A DNA stretch of 61,994 nucleotides, the filler included, from Sphacelaria rigidula (Eukaryota): assembly GCA_964200075.2 (NCBI GenBank). It is 10 parts of 10 records of this genome, joined end to end, with 100 filler letters (N's around TTAATTAATTAA, not from the genome) between each part and the next. Parts side by side here need not be neighbours in the genome. Positions count along the whole stretch, not along the records: positions 1 to 6,110 come from CAXNAA020022158.1; positions 6,211 to 12,320 come from CAXNAA020022159.1; 8 more parts are not named here. One strand, given 5' to 3'. The notes under the pieces are model-generated. The model was not told where the DNA came from, ran no database searches, and was given only the letters and a program-made list of their open reading frames with translations. Positions 1 to 12,120 of this stretch are shown here, one piece after another (position 1 is the first letter of the stretch; the number at the start of each line of letters is the position of its first letter). Both the position numbers and the translations under genes were made by a program.

Positions 1-139
1 AATGTTCCAACATGCTACACATGTAAACTTTTCGACTCAGTATCGGAACCGGCGAAGCGAGACATGTTATGAATAAGACCACACTCTCAATCGTACTTTC
101 AACGCTCAATATCACGGAAACATTGTTAGATTTGCCGGC

Positions 140-268
140 AGGATTTTGCACCAATGTGCGAGGTAAGCGTGTCGTCCATTAATGACGCAGCCACACCCGG
201 CCGCTGAAAGCCATGAAAAGGCTGCTCTCAATCGTATCATAGCCTCTCAATCTCACGAAAACATTGTT
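140..268 (+). repeat. Dispersed repeat, second copy at 24845-24970
   Basis: GATTTTGCACCAATGTGCGAGGTAAGCGT...CTCAATCTCACGAAAACATTGTT is shared by two different contigs. Confidence 0.85.
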
Positions 269-278
269 TTAACTGGAA

Positions 279-1271
279 AGGTGGTGATTGGGTTGGGATC
301 TACAACAGCTTGTCGACCTATCGCCAAGGCACCAGCAAGGCAGCCAACGAAACAATTTTGAAGACAAAATTGTCCCTCAATTGGACAGGACCATTCAAGA
401 TCCTGACAGTCGGACCATCGTCATCATTACCGGATGGAAAACCCATTGGTGACAAACTGCTCTATCTCGACTTGCCTCACGACTTCCAGGGCAAAGACAC
501 CAAGCCCCGCATCTCCGTGCACAAATGCAAACCCTGCACGAACCCGCATGATACAAGCGACATGCCCAAGTACCTGCCGGCCGGATTCACACAATATGTT
601 GTCCACAGCTACTCGACCAAGTCCCCGCCCTACCACGTTACAACCGACGACGTGACAGAACAGCCCCTTCGGTTGGCTGTGTCCTCCATTTACGGCCACC
701 AGATAACCCGTGGTATAGGAGGCAAGATCGCTGTCATGTATAAGACAGACTGGCACGGTCTTCGGAGAGCGTCTTCGTAAGGCGAATCTGACCTGCAATT
801 GCACCGTCGTGTAATCCTCCTTTACTGGACGCAATCCCAACATCAGCATCTTGCTCACAACAAGAAATATCACAACATGCGCCGTGGGGCAGCAGCCCGC
901 AAACTTCACCGCAATCAGGGACTACGCTTTGTCGCCGATGGTTACTTGTACGCTCCAAGACTTGTAACACGAAGTTCTTTGCGAACCAGCGACTCCTGCC
1001 CAAGGGCAGCTACCTTTGGTTGAAAGGCAGCGACAACCTCTGGTGGTTGGGTCGGACCCACTCCGCTAACCTGGTTTCGGCCGACACATACATCGTGCGC
1101 TTCATCGATGACCCTGGACCCATACAGCTCAAGCTTCAGCCAGCGCTATACACCACCAGCCCATCTGCACCACGCGGATCCTGGTGTCTCCAGCGCCTCA
1201 AGTCCAAAGGACTTCGCCGCGGTCTCCAGCGCAACATCGACAACACCCACGACGTCCATGCCCCGGTTTGA
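279..1271 (+). pseudogene. Ty3/gypsy pol 3' end: integrase C-terminus with chromodomain-like and extra C-terminal domain, disrupted
   Basis: KLSLNWTGPFKI (GPY/F motif). It is followed by VSSIYGHQ..IAVMYKTDWHGL..SS*GESDL (chromo-like; TAA at 778-780 where Trp is expected). After a frameshift near 960-1020 it continues LWWLG..YIVRFIDDPGP. Confidence 0.8.
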
Positions 1272-1756
1272 ACTACGCTTCTTTGTCGCGACTGTTGCCC
1301 CACCCCCATTTTTTCTCGTAAGCATTGTATGCCCCCCTCCCTTCTCCACCAGGATCCTCTTCTACTACACCACAATAGCGCGACCTACATCGAACGACGA
1401 TCAACAACTACTAACACGACCGCTACGTACAACTCCTGGAGCCATAGTATCCCCTTCATCTGGCGCTCGATCTCGTTGGATCGCCGATTTTCAGCTTTTC
1501 GATCTTGCAGTTTTTAGCACTTTTTGGATTCCCCCAGGTTGAAGCTCTGCTCCCTGTTGTACCTTTGGCTTCCCCCAGGTCAGAGCCCTGCTCCCTGTTG
1601 TACCTCCCTGTTTTCCCCCTTCACTTTTACTAGGACGCCGAAGCAATTTATGCTTCTTCGTTGATCGCTAGCACGCCGAAGCCGTTTGTGCTTCCGCGTT
1701 TCGGAGCAGTTTTTTTTCTGCCCCTCAAAGCAGTCTATGCTTCCCTTCTTTTGAGG

Positions 1757-3040
1757 TGTGGGAGTGGGGTACAGAATTGTTGGTACGGGAATGTTAGGTA
1801 CGGGAGTGTTCCTTTAGGTATGCTTTAGTCGCTCATGACTTTACGAGTGAAGAAAAACCTTAGTTTTCGCTGCTTTGAGGGTAAATCCTCGCAGCTGTAA
1901 TAAAGGTTCGTCTGGGTGGGTTAGTGTCATGAAGACGCATATTAGTCTGTTGATGCCGCTTCAGACCCGTTGTCGACTCTGGCCATGGCTTGCTTTTGTT
2001 CCGGTAGACAAGACTACAGGTCTGTTCAGAGGTGGTCGGGTACGAATATGAGCTTGAATATTGGTAAAAGATGGCGAGATAAATCAGCTGGAAACGATAT
2101 AGCTCGCCCATCGTCCACACCATCAACTGCTCCTCTATTGCCCTCCAGCAAAAGAAGCCCAACTATCGGTGAGACGCATTGGGTTGAATTGGACGGATTA
2201 AGTGGGTACCTGAGTTAGAATCAAGATAATTAGGAGAGAAGTGAAGAATCTATTCCCGTGAAATTCGTCTGATATTGTGCTGAGCTGTGCTCAGTAGTGT
2301 GCAGAGCTGTGCCAGCCTGACGGTTGTCCGCTGGCCTTGTGAGCCTGTACCTTGGACTACAACCTGTGTCCTTGCATCATACTGCCGCTTGCTCATTATT
2401 ACATGACGTCACTTCACAGACTGTGTTGAATATATGGGCGAACGATGCCCATCAATGAGATGAGTTGCGTTACGTCACGGGCCATAATGAGTATGAGCGA
2501 ATGACGGTCATCCAAAAAAAAGAAAAACGTGCAGGTGAATGAACCTACCTGCCCCAGCTCACCTGCCCCACCCATGGCAGTACATACTTGAAGCCAAGGA
2601 AGTGGAACGGTGGTGCCATAACATGAGGGGGAAAGGCGAGGCACCAGTCGAGCTGTGTGGAGATGCGGTATAACCTCGTGGAACGTTTTGGTGAAAGAAG
2701 CACGTGTCTCGTTCAGCGCCTGGGTCGAATCAGGAATGTAGTTACGCTTGTACCGGTCATTTGGATTCGGTCATTTTCTATTTGTGTTCGACAGACTGTG
2801 AAATCTGAGTTTTGTTCTACGACGCTGTCATCGTGCGCCTCAAGGCCCTTTCGTTATCAACTGTTTCCCCTTGTCCTTACTTGCAGGCGGGTGAAACGCG
2901 TCACACACCCAGTGACATGTCTGTATGCCCTGATATGGATTATACACAAGACTTCGACTACCGATACTTTGATATGATTCTCACGCCTTCCCGTACCCCC
3001 CCAAGTCTACACGGTACAATCCGAACGCCCTTCGACAATA
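1757..3040 (+). mobile_element. Probable 3' LTR of the gypsy element (boundaries approximate)
   Basis: Lies after pol and a 3' UTR with short duplications (1531-1606). Purine-rich GAGGTGTGGGAGTGGGG at 1753-1769; GGTACGGGAA near the start is inverted to TTCCCGTACC near 2990. No second LTR is available for comparison. Confidence 0.35.
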
Positions 3041-3274
3041 CCCCAATATTCATTCTACCCCAGTTTTGTACCATTTGATTTTGATCCAAACGCTCTCCCG
3101 AATATACTGTATCCGAAAGTTTGCTCAAGTTTGATTGATAATCAGCATTAATCATGGGGGGGTAACTCTGGGAATACGTCGGTATTTACTCTACCCGAGT
3201 TTGAGTATCTTGCGTGCGAACTTGAACACTAAAGTTAAAGTTGTATACCCAAGGGTTTTGGAAGATCGGGTCCG

Positions 3275-3495
3275 GCCTCAGATACTTTACCCAACTTTCG
3301 GGTAGAGTGGGTATGACCTCAAATACTCTACTCCAATATTGAGTAGATTGAGTATGACCTCAAACACTCTACTCAAATTTTGAGTAGGTCGAGTACGGTC
3401 CCAAATACTCTGCTCGAATTTTGGGTAGATTGAGTATGACCTCAAAATACTCTACTCAAAATTTAAGTAGATCGAGTACGACCTCCAGTACTCCA
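3275..3495. repeat. ~40-bp tandem array with internal palindrome TACTCAAATTTTGAGTA
   Basis: About 5-6 degenerate copies of ATACTCTACTCAAATTTTGAGTAGGTCGAGTATGACCTCAA. Confidence 0.85.
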
Positions 3496-3509
3496 CTGAA
3501 ATAAAAATA

Positions 3510-4950
3510 AAAAGGAGGGTTAGCTTCTATATTTCATGTCCATGTCCGGGCTGTGTTATGGTAGGTTCAAGAGAAAGGAAGGTTAGCTTCTCTATTCCAT
3601 GTCTATGTCCGGGCTGTGTTATGGTAGGTTAAAGGAAAAGTAGGGGTAGGTTTTTCATTTCATGTCGTTGTCCGGGGTGTGTTATGGTATGTTAAAGAAA
3701 AAGCAGGGTTAGCTTCTTCATTCCAGGTCCATGTCCGGGCTGTTGTATGGTAGGTTGAAGAAAAAGTAGGGTCAGCTTCTCTAGTCTATGTTTATGTCCG
3801 GGCTGTGTTATCGTCGGTTGAAGAAAAAGGAAGGTCAGTTTTTTCATTCCATGTCTACGTCCGGGTTGTGTTATGGTAGGTTGAAGAAAAAGAAGGGTTA
3901 ACTTCTCTAGTTCACGTCTATGTCCAGGCTGTGATATTGTACGTTCAAGAAAAAGGGGGGTCAGCTTCTCTATTCCATGTCTATATCCGGGCTGTGTCAT
4001 GATAGGTTAAAGAAAAAGCAGGGTTAGCTTCTTCATTTCATGTCTTTGTCCGGGCTGTGTCATCGCCGGTAAAAGAAAAAGCAGGGTTAGCTTCTCTATT
4101 TCACGTCCATGTCCGGGCTGTGATACCGTCGGTTAAAGAAAAAGCAGGGTTAGCTTCTCTGTGTCACGTTCATGTCCGGGCTTTGATATGGTAGGTCAAA
4201 GAAAAAGCAGGGTTAGCTTCTCTATTTTACGTCTATGTCCGGGCTGTGATATGGTAGGTCAAAGAAAAAGCAGGGTTAGCTTCTCTATTCCATGTCTATG
4301 TCCGGGCTGTTGTATGATAAGTTAAAGAAAAAATAGGTTTAGCTTCTCTATTCTATGTCTATGTCCGGGCTGTGTTATCATCGGTTAAAGAAAAAGGAGG
4401 GTCAGTTTTTTCATTCCATGTCCATGTCCGGGCTGTGTTGTTGTGGGTGAAAGAAAAAGGAGGGTTAGCTTCTCTATTCTACGTCTATGTGTCCGGGCTG
4501 TGTTATGGTACGTTCAAGAAAAAGGAGAATCAGCTTCTCTATTCCATGTCTACGTCCGGGCTGTGCTGTGGTAGGTTAAAGAAAAAGGAGGATTTGCTTC
4601 TCTATTCCATGTCCCTCTCCGGGCTGTGTTATGGTAGGTCAAAGAAAAAGGAGGGTCAGCTTCTCTAGTTCATGTATATGTTCGGCTGTGTTATCGTCGG
4701 TTAAGGAAAAAGGAGAGATAGCTTCTCTATTTCACGTTTATGTCCGGGCTATGTTATAGTAGGTCAAAGAAAAAGGAGGGCCAGCTTCTCTATTTCATGT
4801 CTATGTCCGGGCTGTGATATGGTAGGTTAAATTAACGGATGGTTAGCTTTTTCATGTCATGTCTTTATCCGGGTCGTGTAATGATCGGTTAAAGAAAAAG
4901 TAGGGTTAGCTCCTCCATTTCACGTCTATATCCGGACTGTGTTATAGGAG
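3510..4950. repeat. 60-bp minisatellite, ~24 units
   Basis: Unit approx. AAAGAAAAAGCAGGGTTAGCTTCTCTATTCCATGTCTATGTCCGGGCTGTGTTATGGTAGGTT; GTCCGGGCTG recurs about every 60 nt. Confidence 0.97.
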
Positions 4951-5493
4951 GTGGAAAAAACAAAAACGGAAAAGGGAGAAATGTAGAGAAAGGAAAGGAG
5001 GAAAATACTACGAAGGAAGGAGAAACAATATGACCAAGGAAAAGGAAGTAGTAAAATTAGAGGAAAGAGCCCATCTTCGGTATATTATCATGTCTATGTC
5101 CATACCGTGTGTTTCTGCGGGGGGAAAACATTGGGTTGTTCAATTTTTTTAATTTTGTGTTTGTCAGTCCGGGGCTTTCTTTGTCGAGTGGCGATCCCTG
5201 GTATATGTATGGTGACAGTCTGCACATTTGTCTAGGTTTTGGTGGCTTGTTTTACAGCGCCGTTGCCACTCGACGCCAACCTAAGAGTCTAGAGATGAGG
5301 GGGCACTCATGACTTTGCATGTCGCAGTCAAAAATCCATTATTGACCTCGAATTCCTGCAAAGTCGAGACGGAGGACGCTGGGTATTCGTCCGATCAGGC
5401 TCGTAGTCACCAAGCGCAAAGGGTCGTGATCCGGCAGGTGAGTCGCATGAGGAGTGGTCGGCATCCTGCAAATAACAACATTTTCGTGATATT

Positions 5494-5750
5494 TGTGACG
5501 CCAGCAGGTTGCTAGTACTTCAGCATCTGATGCTGTTGAGGGACGCCCCAGTTCCACTGGCCTCAGGTCTTAGTTGTCAGCCTTTACAAAACCTTTTCTT
5601 ATTCCCGGAGTGCCTCACAGGCGGCTCCATGAATCACATCAGGGTAACATCCCTGTGTCCATGTCATCATCCATATCATCACTACAGAAGATCCCAAGTC
5701 ATCAACCAATCATCACCATATGCTCAACGTGACGGCGTGATTTCGTCACA
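5494..5750 (-). mobile_element. 3' LTR (257 bp) of a minus-strand chromovirus
   Basis: Termini TGTGACG...CGTCACA form a perfect 7-bp inverted repeat. On the minus strand it is preceded by PPT-like TTAGGGGTGC and the chromodomain ORF. Confidence 0.8.
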
Positions 5751-5829
5751 GCACCCCTAAAGTGCGTCGGACGAGAATCGAGCAACAAGCTTGACACTAA
5801 AAAAAAGAACGCTAAAACGATTGAGCAAG

Positions 5830-6110
5830 TCACAACTGAATCCCAAACTCACGCGTAATGCGAGCAGCAATGGAACGAGTCACTCGCATCTTACGCAACT
5901 CCTTCTTGAGAAATTCTCGAGAGGCCTCAAAAATATTTTTCAAAGGCTCCCACGTACGCTCCTCGACTTCAAAACCTACCCAGTCGACCAATACGATCAA
6001 CGAACGATCCTCTACCTCTGCCACGCGAACAATCCCAGCCATCTGAAATTGCCCCTGGTTGAACGCGTGCCAAAACACACCCTTCACATCTGCCGTAACA
6101 TTGAGCTGCG
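5830..6110 (-). pseudogene. Ty3/gypsy (chromovirus) integrase C-terminal chromodomain, truncated by contig end
   Basis: LIVLVDWVGFEVEERTWEPLKNI matches the chromodomain VxWxG...TWEP motif, and lies directly upstream of the PPT and LTR. Confidence 0.85.
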
Positions 6111-6210
6111 NNNNNNNNNNNNNNNNNNNNNNNNNNNNNNNNNNNNNNNNNNNNTTAATTAATTAANNNNNNNNNNNNNNNNNNNNNNNNNNNNNNNNNN
6201 NNNNNNNNNN
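6111..6210. other. Artificial contig linker (N44-TTAATTAATTAA-N44). Identical linkers at 12321-12420, 18531-18630, 24741-24840, 30950-31049, 37159-37258, 43368-43467, 49577-49676, 55786-55885
   Basis: Nine identical 100-bp N blocks with a six-frame-stop core. The pieces between them are 6110,6110,6110,6110 then 6109 x6 bp, i.e. size-sorted concatenated contigs. Confidence 0.98.
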
Positions 6211-6309
6211 TGTCATGTAGTTCTTGTCTTGATACACCTGGTATGCTTGTACGTACGGCTGTCCCTCGAGAGGCCGCAAGATGGAACGCTGCGATTCTTA
6301 GTTCTTTAG

Positions 6310-6608
6310 AAATCTCGAAATACCCTGGTATCGAGGTATCGTAGGTATGACATTTGAAAATACTGGATTCGGCAGGTACGGTAGGTATTGAAATCTCAAA
6401 ATACCCTGGTATCGCAGGTATCGTAGGTATGACATTTGAAAATACTGGATTCGGCAGGTACGGTAGGTATTGAAATCTCAAAATACCCGGGTATCGCAGG
6501 TATCGTAGGTATGACATTTGAAAATACCGGATTGGGTCGGTATCGGTAGGAGGGTATGAGATGGTCCCAAATACCGGTACCGGGTACCTACCTTACCCAC
6601 GGTGCCTG
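6310..6608. repeat. ~81-bp tandem array (~3 units), probably subterminal repeats of a TIR element; related sequence at 24975-25080
   Basis: AAATACCCTGGTATCGCAGGTATCGTAGGTATGACATTTGAAAATACTGGATTCGGCAGG... is repeated. Confidence 0.85.
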
Positions 6609-7277
6609 TCAAAAACATGAGGGATTCTTTGGGTTAAAAATAAAAGGAATTTGACCGATTTTGATGATGGGATAAAGTTCGATTGGGAAGTCGAGTATTG
6701 GAACATTAGACACCATTCTTGACCTTCAACTGGAAATCGTGTCTTGGACACGATGCATGACCGACCACATTTGAAGTGACTGACCCATTTTCCCAATTCG
6801 CTGGGCTTCCAGGTGTCAAAAACAACTACTTGCAAAAAAACTAAGTGGGTGGGCATGAACTATGGAGGGTGACGCGAATTTCTCATGAAAATTCGAACAG
6901 AATCCACATTTTGACATGCCCAGAGGGTTTTTCGGCGAACGGCCATTTGCGGAACCTAGGAGCCTAACGAATCAGAAAAGTGGCTCAAGCTTCTCTATGT
7001 GACATGGTGCATAGTACATGTGGCGGCGACATTTCCGGTTTCAAGAGGTGAAAAACAGTGTCTGATGGAGAAATGTCGCATCCCTTCAAGAAGCGAGAAC
7101 TGTTGGCTCGCGATAGGCACAAAAAAAGTTTTGCAGCCAAAGTGTGAAATAGCTCACTTTCAGTGCATGTGCAGACAGACTGGTAGTCAATCCTATCGAT
7201 CGTGGGTCTGAATATCTGTTCCAGCCAACAAGATCACAGCTCGACGTATTCCTTGTCATGCCACATGCAACGCTCAC

Positions 7278-10200
7278 CCGCATCGCCACACGCGGCTTGA
7301 AGGTCACTTCTCCACCAGCCAGATTAGTGACCACGTCCTGAGTTCCACCCCAGGATCTCAACGCCTGCACAAGGATCCTGGGCATCTTCATGTCGGCCAC
7401 CAACTCGTCACCAATATGGACATGTTCCCACAGTCGGACCAAGTGCGCACCCTTCGAATTAATATGACAACGTAGCAAGTACTGGGAGTTAGAATAAAAA
7501 CGGCGCAACTGAACTCGAAGGATTTGAACTTGCTCACTGCTGTGAGTTACAAGGCGTCGGCTGTTGAGCAGGATAATGTTCAAAGTTTATTGTTTGGCCA
7601 CTGGATCGCCTGCTTCAGAGAACGCCTTGCAAATCATAATCCGTGACTCTTCTGAGGTATGGATTTATTTTATTGAAATGGACGACAGTCACATGCATGG
7701 ACTCTACTCTTGTTAGCGTGCTTCAATCACTTACTCTTCGCAGCGCACAAATGCTGAGCCATTGGACATCACCTGATCTGGGCCTCGGACTATATTGAGG
7801 TCCGCCAATACCTCGTCGATGATCCGAAAAGCATCGCGGATGGCCTGAGAAAACACGCGTAACATGTCACGAAGCAACGAAAATGGTGATGCTGTCTCAT
7901 GTTTGCGGCTGCTGCGAGCGGGGTCACACAAAGTCAATGCTGCCAGCAGCAAAATGACGCCAACACAAAGCCCATGCGACCACACGAGGGTATTGAAATG
8001 TCCACGATCATATGGAAGCGTTGGCCGGAATCTGTAGCGGTATACAGGCTAGTTCAGGCTCATCACCCAAAAAACAGTCATCGGCAAAACCTCACGCCGT
8101 TTTACGGGGTTAGACCCTGAAATTTGGCACATTTGTTCCATGGGGCATTACGAAACTTACGGAGGTCGAGGTTTTCGACTTCTTGGCTTGTTTCACGGTT
8201 TTTCGGGGTACCAATTTTTTTGGGCAAATGTTGATCCAATCGGACCCCCGTAAACCGGTAAAGAAAAAACTGAAAAAAGTCGTTCATCCAAAGTTGCGTA
8301 ATCACCCATGGCACATTTGTGCAAAATTTCAGAGTCCAACTCGTCAAAACGGCGTGGGGTTTTCCGCTTTCATGCGATGAACTTTGCCGTGCAGCGGTGA
8401 AACCGCAGAGCACTTTATTTGCGTACGAAAACGGGGTTTCAGACCTTCTTTGATGTGAACATAAAAATTCAAGTATCAGTTGATCGAGTTTTGTCACGAG
8501 ATTTAGTGGGGTCCTTCCTTGGGGGTTGTGCGAAGACAGCTCATTCACGAAAAAATGATAACAAATTCGTGGTGGAGGTTTTCCGGGGTCCCCGAATGGA
8601 GAATACTTCGAAAAACGATTTCGATCCCGTCGGAACGCCGAAAAACGGTGAAACACTCAAGACGTGAAAAAACATCGACAGAAAGTTGCGTAATGATACA
8701 TAGCATCTGTGCAATTCTTCAGGATCTAACTCCAAAAAATGGTGTGAAAGTTTGCGCGTTTGCGGAGAACGTGGGCTTCAAACGTACAACTCCTAACTAC
8801 TTGGTTCTAGTGTGGAAACGTCTTTTGGGGTGAATTTGACGTCAAGGAAAGAAAGACTGCATGAGGTTTTTGAGTTTCTCCACCAAACTTTATACATGTG
8901 TTCCTTGGACTTTTCCGGGACGCATCATTTTATTCTTATTTCAGGGCATTCTGTACCTGCTTCCGGGGGGTCTTCATACTGGGACCCCCGGAAACCGGTA
9001 CAGAACGGAGAAACTATGAAATCTTGTCAAGAATACATAAATATTTTTTCATTTGGAGCATCAATAACTGCCGAACTGCCGAGTTTGAGGCGATCGAAGC
9101 TTTTCTACAACAGATATAGGGGATACCGTCGCGAGGCTCTCTGGGTCTTTCGTGCTCATCATTAGTGGGAATTAGACAACGCCAACACCCGACATCACCG
9201 AAACATCACGGTTTCGGGTGTAATTCGACCCCCGTAGTAACCGTTTTAAATATGTTTTCTTCGTTAGATTTCCGAGCCGATGACGGTTACCACGATTTGA
9301 AGCATATGAAGATTGGGTTAAAATTGAGCTTGCAATTCGTAATTTCGATCTTGGAATAATTTGACGGGCGCTGATTGGTTGATATACATTTTCAACCTTG
9401 ACGCACCACTGTGGAATTACACGCACATCCGGCTATGTCATGTTCTTCAACTGTCCATGGCGGTCAGTATGATATCATGTATGCGACTATTGGGTAGGTA
9501 TTGCGAAAGGCATTTGCTGATGACACAATTTTAGGTGATAAGCGTGAACCAGCCTGTAGCACTCTCGCGTTTACGATGAACCACACGATCATGAAAGTGA
9601 TGGATGAGACTCGTGTACAAACATTATCGTGGAAACATCACATGCTTGAGGGAGCGTTAATATGTTTACAACGACGGCGGCACTGTAAAAAATAAATGAG
9701 CGAAAAAACAGTCAGACAATACCTCATGTTCAAAGTAGAATGTTTGGTAATTTTTCCAGAATTGGCGATTCTCTTGTGTTTTTTTCGCTTGCCACCGCTT
9801 ATAACATTGGGGATCTGAAGATACTAGTATCCGCTCCACATTCCAAGAAAAACAAAGCTATCTGTGTTCAATTTTGAGTGACTTACGGGCTAACCGGTCA
9901 TCGGGGGTCTTGCCACTTTTTCAGCTCAGATTCTGAGCTCTTTGGTACTTTCGGTCGATCGAGCCTGTCCAGAAAATACGTGTGAAGAAATGTAAAACTT
10001 TCATTTTTCTGAATTTCTACCTACTAAATAACACCTTCCTGATAAACAGGGTATCTACTCGCATCGTCCGATAACATCAACTGACACTAACTTGGGCACT
10101 GTTTTGAGGACGATTTGTTCATTGTACCAAAATCTACCGACGCTAGTCCTTTGGAGTTTTATCGAACAGCAGCGCGCGAGAAAAACACCAAAACAACCCG

Positions 10201-11797
10201 TGCCACTTTCAAAGTAAGGTACTACACAGGTTTGTAGGTGGCTACCCCAAAAGCGCTGTCCTTATCTCTACTGGATGCAAACTATGCCCAGGACATGCGC
10301 TCCGAAGGCGAGTCCAACAGAGCGTATAATTTTCACCTCGGTTGCGTCAATGTGACAACGTCGACGAAGCTTCTCCAGAGAATCGTCCCAAAGACGCGGC
10401 AGAGGGATGAAGCTGGCCTGTTTCAGTAGGATAAAACAGGGGACAGCACTCAGTGAGTCACGCAGTCATGTACGAGATACGCGAAAACGATTCGTACAAG
10501 ATGTTCAGGGTATACAATAGCCCGACTAAGCAGACATCATACCGAGGTGGTCACACTAACTTGACGTAAAAATCTCGCAAGGATGGTGAGAACTCACGAT
10601 GTGCTCGAAAACCGCCCGATTGGAGGATATTGGTGATGTCAGGCTCCGGATAAGCATCGTGAGTGATGGCGAGCCGGACACGTCTGGCTGGCTGTTTGTG
10701 ATGAGGAGCTTCCCAGCTGTATACCGTCTGAATACTTGCTGAAGCACCAGTGTCCTCTTGGCGCACTCCGCATCCTGGGGGCACACACAAGAGCAAACCA
10801 GACATTTGACGGAGAGTATCGCCATGGCCATCAAGAAGCAATGTCAAGAGTATGAGGCCGAGTGGAGTTAGTATCGCATACACACGATGTCGGCATGTTC
10901 ACGAACATGTTACCTGCCACCACCTGGAACTACAATCTGGCCCGAGTAGTACCAAGTGTATCGTGGTCGCCATGTTCCGTTGGTCTTATGGCAAAACTGA
11001 CACCATTCGATTGGAGGAATGCAATTTTTAATTTCCGGCACATGCATTTGGGATATTTTCTGAAGAGGAGGAACATATCTCATATCCGTCGATGAAAACG
11101 TGAACACGCGGACAGCTCAAGACTTGGTTTTACGGGAGTCGACGCGGGCGCGGGAGTGCTCATTCAACCCACGACACCAAAATGCAACAGTGTACCGGAG
11201 GAGAGATGACTTGATTCCATCTCTCGAGACCATGGCCTTGTCCCGACGAAAGAGACGGGTTGAAAGTTAGGGGGGGAAAGGACAAGTACCGGGCAAGTCA
11301 ACATTGGGTACAACTGATAGGCCACATATCCACGGCAGTCCTACATCTAAGGAAGTAAGAATATTTGTCTCGATCACCAGTCACTCTGAGTTGCCGATGG
11401 CGGGCGCTCCTACCGCAGTCAGTGTTTTCGCTCTAGACGCACCTGCATTAGTCTCATCTGCTTCGCAGGATGCAACATTGCGAGAATCGTCTCGTGGTGA
11501 CGCTTCGACGCCGTGTCTCGTGCTGTTCTCCCCCGACTGTCCTTTTGGTGAAGCTCTGCTCCAGCTGTAAGAAGAACACGAACAACATCTTCGTGCCCGC
11601 GTTTGCACGCCAGCATTAGTGCCGTGCTTCCTTGAGCAGTCTGCCGAACGAACAACATACAGATAGCTAGCGTCGGAAAGGAAATTTCTTGGTGATGAAA
11701 CGCTGCAACTCGTACACGCCAACGGCAAGAAACGTACCTGCCCGTCGATATCTGCCTTGTGGTGGATGAGAGCTTGAACGATTGCCGCATGTCCTCT
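7278..11797 (-). CDS. Partial spliced gene for an ankyrin-repeat protein. Exons 11797-11738, 11640-11443, 10774-10598, 10417-10337, 7844-7773, 7451-7278
   Basis: All six exons are bounded by AG/GT and splice in frame with no stop: RGHAAIVQALIHHKADIDGQ|TAQGSTALMLACKRGHEDVVRVLLTAGAELHQKDSRGRTARD...MQ|DAEC...FEHI|ASFIPLPRLW...ATE|AIRDAFRIIDEVL...DQ|GAHLVRLW...AMR. Contains a canonical ankyrin motif (GxTALMxA..GH..VV..LL..GA). Start and stop not identified in the contig. Confidence 0.88.
8080..8370. repeat. Intronic inverted repeat (~55-bp arms), with a further related copy near 8705-8760
   Basis: CGGCAAAACCTCACGCCGTTTTACGGGGTTAGACCCTGAAATTTGGCACA versus TGTGCAAAATTTCAGAGTCCAACTCGTCAAAACGGCGTGGGGTTTTCCG. 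Confidence 0.7.
9720..10221. mobile_element. Possible Tc1/mariner-type MITE in the ankyrin gene intron
   Basis: Imperfect TIR (14/19): TACCTCATGTTCAAAGTAG versus revcomp TACCTTACTTTGAAAGTGG, with TA at both ends. Confidence 0.4.
11088..11280 (+). mobile_element. Diverged, 5'-truncated copy of the tRNA-derived SINE
   Basis: GACGCGGGCGCGGGAGTGCT and GTGTACCGGAGGAGAGA...GAGACCA...GTCCCGA match the SINE body and 3' end. Confidence 0.7.
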
Positions 11798-12120
11798 CTG
11801 CCGGCGCGAAAATAGCGGCAACAACAAACGCATCGCGGAGGGTCCATCGGCAACACCCAATGGATTGCACAAGCTACGGGTTTCCATGTTTCAGACACGT
11901 TTTGCGGTTCCATAGCCCGTGCATCCCACTGTGCAGCCAGGGCTTCGAGTGATTCTACCTTCGACATACTGGAGGAAGTCCCGGCCATCAGTGGAACGTC
12001 AAACAGCAGACGGAAACCCGTGAAGCACGATTAAAAACCGCATGTTACGCTCGCGCAAAGTGCTACAGGTGGTTCGTGCAGCTCGATGCAGTACCATGTC
12101 AAGCACACCCAATTATTTGC

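Noticed and set aside
3510..4950. Possible CRISPR array
   Set aside because: The whole 60-bp unit is repeated with no unique spacers; eukaryotic context and no cas genes.
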